Part shown: positions 1 through 7,074 of the stretch, in pieces
How positions within the stretch are numbered: position 1 is the first letter of the stretch
Layout: each line of letters begins with the position of its first letter
Assembly (NCBI GenBank): GCA_041671125.1
Contig: JBAZCA010000002.1
Location: 42,634 to 106,633, forward strand
Source: Patescibacteria group bacterium
Lineage (GTDB): Bacteria; Patescibacteriota; Patescibacteriia; Patescibacteriales; JBAZCA01
Direction of reading: 5' to 3'
Length of the DNA: 64,000 nucleotides
Notes under the pieces: generated by a model
What the model saw: the letters and a program-made list of their open reading frames with translations, nothing else
Databases searched by the model: none
Told to the model about the DNA's origin: nothing
Made by a program: the position numbers and the translations under genes

Positions 1-449
1 AGGGGGAGTTTAAAAAAGGCAAAACTACCAAAAAGAGAATCACGTTAACGGCTAATAATTTGACTGCCGCCATAAACCAATTCAAATTAGAGCTCTTGAA
101 AAAATCAGAGGCCACGGAAATATTCGCCCAGGAAAGAAGCGCCGGATCAATTGAGGCCATTTTAGGCAATGTTATGCAGTCTTTCGGCGGAAAAGATTTA
201 TATCCGGGTCTTGAAGAAAAAGCGGCTCATCTTTTATATTTCATGGTAAAAAATCATCCATTCGTCGACGGCAATAAGCGCTCCGGCGCGTTTTCATTTG
301 TCTGGTTCTTGAAACAAAGTGGCATCTTAAACTATGCCCGCTTAACCCCGGCTGCTTTAACCGCCCTTACTCTTCTTATTGCCGAAAGCAATCCCAAAGA
401 AAAAGCTAAGATGTCTGGGCTGGTGGTCATGCTTCTAAAGAAAAGTTAA
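1..449 (+). CDS. Doc/Fic-family toxin (death-on-curing type), 5'-partial at window edge
   Basis: The Fic/Doc motif HPFVDGNKR is present. The reading frame is open back to position 3 with no in-frame stop, so the true start probably lies upstream of the window. Confidence 0.65.
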   Translation, partial: GEFKKGKTTKKRITLTANNLTAAINQFKLELLKKSEATEIFAQERSAGSIEAILGNVMQSFGGKDLYPGLEEKAAHLLYFMVKNHPFVDGNKRSGAFSFVWFLKQSGILNYARLTPAALTALTLLIAESNPKEKAKMSGLVVMLLKKS

Positions 450-544
450 ACACAGTAAAACAATTAATTTTAAAGTAAAAAATTCAGAAGCTATCCGCGT
501 ACGCGAGCAAAAACTAAGAATGAGCTGAAAGGCTTTATTTTTAT

Positions 545-573
545 TTGACCAAAAAATCGCTAAGTGCTATCAT
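545..573 (+). promoter_or_regulatory. sigma70-like promoter for the arsR-led operon
   Basis: TTGACC (545-550), a 17 nt spacer, TG-extended TATCAT (565-573), lying 25 nt before the arsR start. Confidence 0.4.
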
Positions 574-591
574 ATCAATATATAATGATAT
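572..591 (+). promoter_or_regulatory. candidate ArsR operator (inverted repeat)
   Basis: ATATCA-N8-TGATAT is a perfect 6 bp inverted repeat overlapping the -10 element, immediately upstream of the arsR ATG. Confidence 0.3.
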
Positions 592-597
592 TAACCC

Positions 598-912
598 ATG
601 AAGCCGCTTTGCTGTTCAAACAAAGAGCTTACCAAAGAGTTCGCCAATCTGGCGAAATTTTTGCGTATTATCGGGGAAGACAACCGCTTAAAAATCCTTT
701 GCCTTTTAAAAGATGGCGAACATTGCGTTTGCGAGATTGTGGAAAACCTGGGTTTGCCGCAGAATCTTATTTCCGCCCATCTAAAGGCGTTAAAAGATTT
801 AAAGCTGGTGGAAAATCGCCAAGAGGGAAAAAGAGTGTATTACTCAATATGCAAAACCGCGTTCAAAAAATACGAATCATTATTAATTAATTTCTTAAAA
901 AATTATGTCTAA
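598..912 (+). CDS. arsR: ArsR/SmtB-family metalloregulatory transcriptional repressor
   Basis: The wHTH region has an ELCVCDL-like metal-site motif (HCVCEIV). It is about 100 aa and is the first gene of the operon. Confidence 0.85.
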   Translation: MKPLCCSNKELTKEFANLAKFLRIIGEDNRLKILCLLKDGEHCVCEIVENLGLPQNLISAHLKALKDLKLVENRQEGKRVYYSICKTAFKKYESLLINFLKNYV

Positions 913-1207
913 ACAAATTAAAAGCATTCAGGTCTTTGGTTCTGGTTGCGCGACCTGCAAGAAGCTTTATGAAGCTACTAAAAAAGCCGCGGAAGAGTTA
1001 AAAATCAGCGTAACGGTAGAATACATCACCGATGTTACGAAAATGATTGAGATGGGCGTTATGACCAGCCCGGTATTGGCGATAAACGGCAAGCCGGTAT
1101 TAACCGGCGGCGGGAATGGTGAAGCGGAAATAAAAAAGGCTTTAGAAAAAAATTTGAAAAGCGACAGCAAACCTGGCGGCGGATGTTGCTCATGCGATAA
1201 TTGCTAA
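905..1207 (+). CDS. thioredoxin-fold 'redox-active disulfide protein 2'-like protein with a Cys-rich C-terminal tail
   Basis: N-terminal CATC CxxC after a beta strand (VFGSGCATCKK) and a C-terminal GGGCCSCDNC. It overlaps arsR by 8 nt, indicating translational coupling. Confidence 0.7.
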   Translation: MSKQIKSIQVFGSGCATCKKLYEATKKAAEELKISVTVEYITDVTKMIEMGVMTSPVLAINGKPVLTGGGNGEAEIKKALEKNLKSDSKPGGGCCSCDNC

Positions 1208-1208
1208 T

Positions 1209-2189
1209 ATGGATATTTTTAAACCAATTCAAATTTTTGCCGACTCGGCCACATATAATTGGCTGGGCATTACTGATAAATACTGGGGAGATGCCATTAA
1301 TTTTTTTATTTACGATTCAATAAAGATTGGGTTGCTCTTGGTACTCATAAATTACGTCATGGCCATTACCCGCTATTATTTTCCGGTGGAAAAAGTGCGT
1401 GATATCTTAAGCGGCCGCAAGTGGTATGGCTTTGATTATGTTTTAGCCGGAATGCTCGGCGTGATCACACCGTTTTGTTCCTGTTCATCTATTCCTCTGT
1501 TCGTCGGTTTTGTCGGCGCCGGCATTCCTTTGGGCGTAACCTTTGCTTTTTTAATCGCCTCGCCCTTAGTCAATGAAGCGTCTTTGTTTATATTCCCGTC
1601 AATCTTCGGAATAAAAATGACTATCGCTTACAATGTTTTAGGAATTATTATCAGCGCCCTGGCCGGAATGATTATAGAGCGGCTTAATATGGAAAAAAAT
1701 GTCAATCCGGCGTTTCTTAAATTTAAAACGCGGAAAGACGCAATCGCCGAGAACGGCGGACAAACAGTCCCGTTAAAAAAAAGGCTGGCGATTTGGTGGA
1801 GCGACGGCTTGCGTATTTCAAAAAGCATTTTTCCTTATGTGCTGTTAGGGGTAGGGTTAGGCGCCTTGATACATGGTTTTGTGCCGAGAACTTTTGTTGA
1901 AACATATTTAGCTAATGGAAATTGGTGGACGGTGCCTTTAGCTACTATCCTTGGAGCGCCGCTTTATGCCAATTCCGTGAGCGTTATTCCGATTGTTGAA
2001 GCTATGACCGGCAAGGGAGTTGCGCTCGGAACAGCTCTGGCTTTTATGACTGCCACCGTTACTTTGTCCGTACCCGGGCTGTTAATCCTGAAAAAAGCCA
2101 TGGATTGGAAATTGTTATCCGTTTTTATTACCGTAACGACGGTAGGAATTATGATTATTGGCTATTTCTTTAATATTTTTACGTTTTAA
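1209..2189 (+). CDS. arsP: ArsP-type (DUF318) permease, putative organoarsenical/thiol-substrate efflux
   Basis: Multi-TM protein with TPFCSCSSIP, which matches the ArsP TPFcSCSxxP signature. It starts 2 nt after the thioredoxin-like gene. Confidence 0.75.
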   Translation: MDIFKPIQIFADSATYNWLGITDKYWGDAINFFIYDSIKIGLLLVLINYVMAITRYYFPVEKVRDILSGRKWYGFDYVLAGMLGVITPFCSCSSIPLFVGFVGAGIPLGVTFAFLIASPLVNEASLFIFPSIFGIKMTIAYNVLGIIISALAGMIIERLNMEKNVNPAFLKFKTRKDAIAENGGQTVPLKKRLAIWWSDGLRISKSIFPYVLLGVGLGALIHGFVPRTFVETYLANGNWWTVPLATILGAPLYANSVSVIPIVEAMTGKGVALGTALAFMTATVTLSVPGLLILKKAMDWKLLSVFITVTTVGIMIIGYFFNIFTF

Positions 2190-2201
2190 TAACAATCAAT
2201 T

Positions 2202-2705
2202 ATGAAAAAAATCGCGGTTATCAGTTTTTTGCTTTTTTCAACGGGTTTAATCTTAACCGGTTGTGGGAGTGAAAATAAAACCTATTACTTTGACAAAGAC
2301 GGAAACATAACCACCGAAAAACCAGCCGAATTCAAAGAAGCATCCGCTAAGGGAAATATTGCCGCAGAAGTAGCGGACAAATTGGAAGTTTATTATTTTC
2401 ACGCGACCGCCCGCTGCGTTTCCTGCAAGACCATCGGCCAGTACGTGAGCGAAACAATGAACAATACATACGGCGAATTACTGAAGAGCGGAAGAATTGA
2501 TTATCGCGAAATTAATATTGACTTGCCGGAAAATAAGGATGTCGCGCGAAAATTTCGGGCATCCGGATCATCTCTATTTATAAATCGGATAAAGGACGGA
2601 CAGGATAATATTGAACAGGACGCGAATGTTTGGCGATTATTGAACAATGAGACTCAGTTTAAGAGTTACCTGGAAAATAAAATAAATTCTTATCTGGGAA
2701 TTTAG
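2202..2705 (+). CDS. extracytoplasmic thioredoxin-like lipoprotein
   Basis: Signal peptide with lipobox LTGC. A beta strand followed by a CVSC CxxC motif (YYFHATARCVSCK) is typical of a Trx fold. Confidence 0.5.
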   Translation: MKKIAVISFLLFSTGLILTGCGSENKTYYFDKDGNITTEKPAEFKEASAKGNIAAEVADKLEVYYFHATARCVSCKTIGQYVSETMNNTYGELLKSGRIDYREINIDLPENKDVARKFRASGSSLFINRIKDGQDNIEQDANVWRLLNNETQFKSYLENKINSYLGI

Positions 2706-2709
2706 AAAC

Positions 2710-3426
2710 ATGAATTTTATAAATGCATTAATTGATAACTATAACATTCCTCTGGTTACCGCTTTTTTGTTGGGGCTGTTAACGTCCATTAGCCCTTGTC
2801 CGCTCGCAACCAACATAACCGCCATCGCCTATATTTCCAAAGAAATTAAAACAATAAAAAATACTCTGCTTAACGGCTTATTTTACACATTAGGGCGGGG
2901 CATAAGTTATACATTGCTGGCGACTTTGATTTATTTCGGCATCTCTTCTTTTTCCATCTCCACTATTTTTCAGGGCTGGGGTGATAAAGCGTTGGGGCCG
3001 GTCTTAATCGTGATCGGACTGGTTATGTTTGATGTTATTAAAATTAATTTGGACGTTAAGAGTAAGAGTTTTGAAAAAATGAAAGACTGGCTTTCACGAA
3101 AGGGCTATATCGGGTCAATGCTACTCGGCGTGTTATTCGCGCTGGCTTTTTGCCCTTATAGCGGAGTTTTATTTTTTGGCATATTTATTCCTTTGGTTTT
3201 AGGATCATCCGAAAGTTTATTGCTCCCGCCTCTATTTGCGCTGGGAACCGGATTGCCGGTTATTATTTTTTCAATTATATTGGCTTTTAGCGTGGGTAAG
3301 GTTGGAAAAATGTTTAATGCCCTGCAAAAAATTGAAAAAATAATGAGATATGGGATAGCTTCAGTGTTTATGATTTCCGGAATTTATTATTTGCAGTATC
3401 TGGTCAAATATCTTATTAATTTATAG
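2710..3426 (+). CDS. ccdA: CcdA/DsbD-like transmembrane thiol-disulfide electron transporter
   Basis: Polytopic membrane protein with conserved Cys in TM1 (SPCPL) and TM4 (AFCPY), as in the DsbD_2/CcdA family. Confidence 0.7.
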   Translation: MNFINALIDNYNIPLVTAFLLGLLTSISPCPLATNITAIAYISKEIKTIKNTLLNGLFYTLGRGISYTLLATLIYFGISSFSISTIFQGWGDKALGPVLIVIGLVMFDVIKINLDVKSKSFEKMKDWLSRKGYIGSMLLGVLFALAFCPYSGVLFFGIFIPLVLGSSESLLLPPLFALGTGLPVIIFSIILAFSVGKVGKMFNALQKIEKIMRYGIASVFMISGIYYLQYLVKYLINL

Positions 3427-3435
3427 CAGTTATGT

Positions 3436-3879
3436 ATGAGCAATAAAAACCAATGCGATTGTCAGAGCGACTGTGAACCGAAAAATGAGAATAAAAAAAT
3501 TTTAACAATAGACTGGCAAAGGCTGGTATCGGACGGAAGCACTTGTCCGAGATGCGGATCAACCGAGAGTGAATTAGACAAAGCCGCGAATCAGCTTGAG
3601 AAAGCGCTCAGCCCTTTGGGAATAAAAGTAGAATTGCGAAAAATTGAATTGACCTTGGAAGAATTTAAAAAAGACCCCGTTAAATCAAACACCATTCTTT
3701 TTAATGGCGTTGCTTTGGAAGACTTGATTGAAGCTAAAACAGGACACAGCCAATGCTGTGATGTTTGCGGCGATGAGGAATGCCGGACGGTGGAAGTCAA
3801 CGGAGAGTCGCATGAAACTATTCCGGCGGACATAATCGTAAAAGCCGGATTGATCGCGGGTTCCAGAATCATTAAGTAA
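3436..3879 (+). CDS. cysteine-rich hypothetical protein, possibly metal- or redox-binding
   Basis: Contains CDCQSDCEP, CPRCGS and CCDVCGDEEC clusters. It is the last gene of the redox operon. Confidence 0.4.
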   Translation: MSNKNQCDCQSDCEPKNENKKILTIDWQRLVSDGSTCPRCGSTESELDKAANQLEKALSPLGIKVELRKIELTLEEFKKDPVKSNTILFNGVALEDLIEAKTGHSQCCDVCGDEECRTVEVNGESHETIPADIIVKAGLIAGSRIIK

Positions 3880-3973
3880 CAAATCATAGTAGCGGATGCT
3901 GAGATAGACTTAATATCCCGGGTATGGGATAATTATTAAAGATGCCTAAAAAAGCGTTAAAAATCAAGTCAGC

Positions 3974-5452
3974 ATGAAAAATCCAAAAGGCGGCCTGAAA
4001 AAACTTAAAAGAAATATAATCTCCGCGGTTGAAGAAGCCCTGAAAGTAAAAATTTTAGGCATAGAAGAGACCAAAAATGGATCCATCAACCACGTTTATA
4101 AAATAAGAATTTCCACCGGCAATTATATTGTCCGGGTTTTTAACTTTGAAAACTGGCCGGAAAACGGCAAGCTGGAATGGATTGAAAAAGAGCTTAGCCA
4201 GCGCGGAATTTCGCATGCCAGGCTCCTCTATTTTACCCGGGATAAAAAATATTTTCCCCACGGGTTTATGGTCGCCGAATACGCCAAAGGGATTGACGGC
4301 GCCGAAGCGGCTAAAAAAGGCCTTTTGAGTTATGAAAAATCCTATTTTGAAAAAGGAAAAATATTGCGAAAGATCCATGAAATCAAGGTAAAAAATTTTG
4401 GACCCTTAAATAAAGGTAAAGGGAAGTCGCCGGATTTTATCGGCTATAAACTAAAACGCGCGGACCGTTTTTTAAAACGGATGGTTAGCAACGGGTTGCT
4501 TAAACCCGGAATTTCAAAAAAAATGAGCCTAAAGGTCAGGCAGGCTTTTGAGCCTTTTGCCAAGGATTTTACTCCAGTCCTCGTCCACGGCGATGCGACC
4601 GGGAAGAATACCATCTGGACCAAAGGCAAGGGGCTCTTGCTTATTGATTGGGATAATGCCTGGTCCGGAATCTGGCTTTGGGATTTTATTGAGCTCTCCT
4701 GGTGGTGGCGGCACCTTAAATCCTGGCAGGACGCGAAGAAGCAGGAAGTCGCGCGCCAGGCGTTTTTTAGGGGGTATGGCAAAATTTCGTATGATAAGAG
4801 CGAATTAAAAGCCCTTGAATACGGCTTGCACCTAATAAAATCAGCCGAGAGAATGCATTATTTTTATTACGACCTAAAGAAAACCGATAATTTTAACCGC
4901 GTCAGGAGAATATTCCTTGAAGATCTTGCTAAAACCGCGCCTTATCCCGAAAGGCTCGTCCTCTTGGACGCTAAGAACCGGGAAAAGGGAAGCGAGGAAA
5001 AAATAAAAGCCCATGAAAAAGGCCTTAGGCACCGGGCTTTTTCCGCTCTGGTATTTAACCGAAAAGGCGAACTACTCCTGCAGAAACGTTCCCGAAAAAA
5101 GCACCATTCCGGCGGAACCTGGTCTAATACCTGCTGTTCTCACCCGCGGCCGGGCGAGAGCGTTGTCGCGGCGGGGGAACGCAGGCTCCGGGAAGAGATG
5201 GGTTTTTCCTGCAAATTAAAAGAATGTTTTTCTTTTAATTACCGGGCTAAGTTGGAACGCGGCCTTATAGAAAACGAGCACGACCATGTCCTTATTGGAA
5301 GATACGACGGTAAGCCGGTCATAAACCAGGAAGAAGCCGAAGACTGGCAGTGGATAAAGCTGGATGAATTAAAAAAAGAAGTAAAAAATAATCCCGAAAA
5401 ATTTTCCGTCTGGCTAAAGATTATGTTGCCGAAATTAATGAAATATTTATAA
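3974..5452 (+). CDS. fusion protein: APH/choline-kinase-like phosphotransferase (N-terminal) with type-1 isopentenyl-diphosphate delta-isomerase / Nudix (C-terminal)
   Basis: N-terminal half has the kinase motifs HGDATGKNTIW and LIDWDNAW. C-terminal 160 aa carry the IDI-1 signature WSNTCCSHPRPGE and a downstream ENEHDHV. Confidence 0.75.
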   Translation: MKNPKGGLKKLKRNIISAVEEALKVKILGIEETKNGSINHVYKIRISTGNYIVRVFNFENWPENGKLEWIEKELSQRGISHARLLYFTRDKKYFPHGFMVAEYAKGIDGAEAAKKGLLSYEKSYFEKGKILRKIHEIKVKNFGPLNKGKGKSPDFIGYKLKRADRFLKRMVSNGLLKPGISKKMSLKVRQAFEPFAKDFTPVLVHGDATGKNTIWTKGKGLLLIDWDNAWSGIWLWDFIELSWWWRHLKSWQDAKKQEVARQAFFRGYGKISYDKSELKALEYGLHLIKSAERMHYFYYDLKKTDNFNRVRRIFLEDLAKTAPYPERLVLLDAKNREKGSEEKIKAHEKGLRHRAFSALVFNRKGELLLQKRSRKKHHSGGTWSNTCCSHPRPGESVVAAGERRLREEMGFSCKLKECFSFNYRAKLERGLIENEHDHVLIGRYDGKPVINQEEAEDWQWIKLDELKKEVKNNPEKFSVWLKIMLPKLMKYL

Positions 5453-5513
5453 AACCAGAGAGGCTATATTTTGTAAATCCCGCTTAAAGGCGGATTTTTT
5501 TATTTCAGCTTTT

Positions 5514-6128
5514 TTAAGCGAATCTTCTGATTACGCCTTTAACAATTCCCTGGATCAGCGGGTCGCGGACATAAATCGGTTTCAAGGCCGGATTGGCCGG
5601 CTGTAATCTAATTCTATCGGCTTCGCGGTAGAATTTTTTTAACGTGGCGTAGGCGTTATTTAAGAGCGCTACGACTACGTCGCCGTTTTTCGGGGAAGGG
5701 TTCCGTTCAACAATAACATAATCGCCGTCCATAATTCCCTCGTCAATCATGGACTCGCCTTTTACTTTTAAGACGTAACTGTTAAAACGGTCAACCTTGA
5801 ATTGAGCCGGGATGGCTATTGTTTCGGTCTGTTCAATCGCTTCAATCGGTTCGCCGGCGGCGATATAGCCGACTAAGGGCAGTTCAATGTTTTTATTAAT
5901 GTCAAAATCGGCGGCTTCTACGAGCTCAATGGAACGGGCTTCGTTGTAAGAAGTTTTTAAAAAACATTTTTTCTTTAAAGACTGGACATGGTCGTGGATG
6001 GTGGCTGGTGAGCGGAGCTCAAAATACTCGCCAATTTCCCGGTAGCTCGGCGCGAAGCCGCGTTTTTTCGTAAAGTCATTGATAAAATCCAGGATTTGCC
6101 TTTGGCGCTTTGTCAAATTTATTGACAT
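5514..6128 (-). CDS. lexA: LexA SOS repressor
   Basis: N-terminal wHTH and a C-terminal S24 peptidase domain with the GESM Ser and LKKF Lys. The start is chosen at MSINLTKRQ (6128) rather than the upstream Met at 6158. Confidence 0.85.
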   Translation of the reverse strand: MSINLTKRQRQILDFINDFTKKRGFAPSYREIGEYFELRSPATIHDHVQSLKKKCFLKTSYNEARSIELVEAADFDINKNIELPLVGYIAAGEPIEAIEQTETIAIPAQFKVDRFNSYVLKVKGESMIDEGIMDGDYVIVERNPSPKNGDVVVALLNNAYATLKKFYREADRIRLQPANPALKPIYVRDPLIQGIVKGVIRRFA

Positions 6129-6130
6129 AA

Positions 6131-6200
6131 ATTTAAAATTCCAAATCACAAATTCCAATTTCCAAAAATTTGGGATTTGGAATTTGGTGCTTGGAAATTA
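6131..6200. repeat. palindromic short-tandem-repeat element (GGAATTT units)
   Basis: AAATTCCAAATCACAAATTCCAATTTCCAAAAATTTGGGATTTGGAATTTGGTGCTTGGAAATT is an imperfect 60 bp palindrome overlapping the lexA 5' end. Confidence 0.6.
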
Positions 6201-6416
6201 ATGATAGTTATCCACAGCTATATTAATTATATACGAACAAAAAGCGAAAGTCAAATTGTTAAAATGATTTAATCATGGCTAATTATAGCTAAATTGATTA
6301 CTATGTTTACTGTTCGTTATTTGTTCGGTATAATAATTAGGTAAAGTTATCAACAGCTTGCTTTGCTGATAACGACATTCCACCCTGTGCTTTTACGGGG
6401 CACTATTAATTATTAA

Positions 6417-6587
6417 AACCGTGCGACTATTGGAGAAATTGGTCGGCTGGAAAGAGTGGAAGAACTAAAAATTGAATTTATTTGCGAACGCGATAATGTG
6501 AAAAAAGTTATTGCCGCGATAAAACGCGAGCATCCTTATGAAGAACCGGCGATTGATGTTTTTGAGCTCTTGAATTTTTTATTATAA
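6417..6587 (+). pseudogene. 3' remnant of a Nif3-family (or CutA-like) gene
   Basis: A 56-codon ORF fragment ends ...KVIAAIKREHPYEEPAIDVFELL. The HPYEEPA C-terminal motif is preceded by an in-frame stop and there is no N-terminal portion. Confidence 0.35.
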
Positions 6588-7074
6588 TCAACTAAACTGC
6601 AGTTAAATAGGGGAAGTGAATAAGAGTGAGGCTCTTTTTTTTGTAGATTAGCTATCATGCACAAGGAGGTTAAATTTTGAAAGATCTTTTTAGGGATTAT
6701 GAAAAATATCCAATGAATGAAGTAGTGGAGTGGAGTGGAGTAATAAGTGTGTGGCTCTGAGCCAAAATGGCCCCATACCTTATGAAGAACTCCGAACGGC
6801 TGATTTTCGCTATTTGTCCTCCCTCAGTGATCTTATTGGAAGATATGTTGTAATATTTAGGGAGGACATCCGAGGCTACTTTCAAGGGCTTGTTGTGAAT
6901 ATATCATTAATAAGCCTGGTTGCAAGAGCGTGCGACCCGGAAGGGTTGTGCATTCTTCAATGCGAAGGCGGCCGCGGTGTGATAATTACGGCCAAGCAAA
7001 CAATCTTAATCAAGAGATAAGGAGGTGGTGAGCCCGGAACCAGTTGGTATCCGGGCATTCTTTTTGGCTAAAAA

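Noticed and set aside
6208-6216. Perfect DnaA box TTATCCACA plus weaker TTATCAACA and TGATAACG boxes near gyrB-distal non-coding DNA, suggesting oriC
   Set aside because: A single perfect 9-mer is expected by chance about once in this much sequence. There is no dnaA/dnaN, no AT-rich DUE with clustered boxes, and gyrB is 14 kb away with no gyrA or recF context.
6730-7020. 96-aa plus-strand ORF in the non-coding island
   Set aside because: No recognisable fold or motif and no RBS at its ATG. It spans a hairpin repeat and is more likely a chance ORF in degraded sequence; it is retained only as part of the finding on that region.
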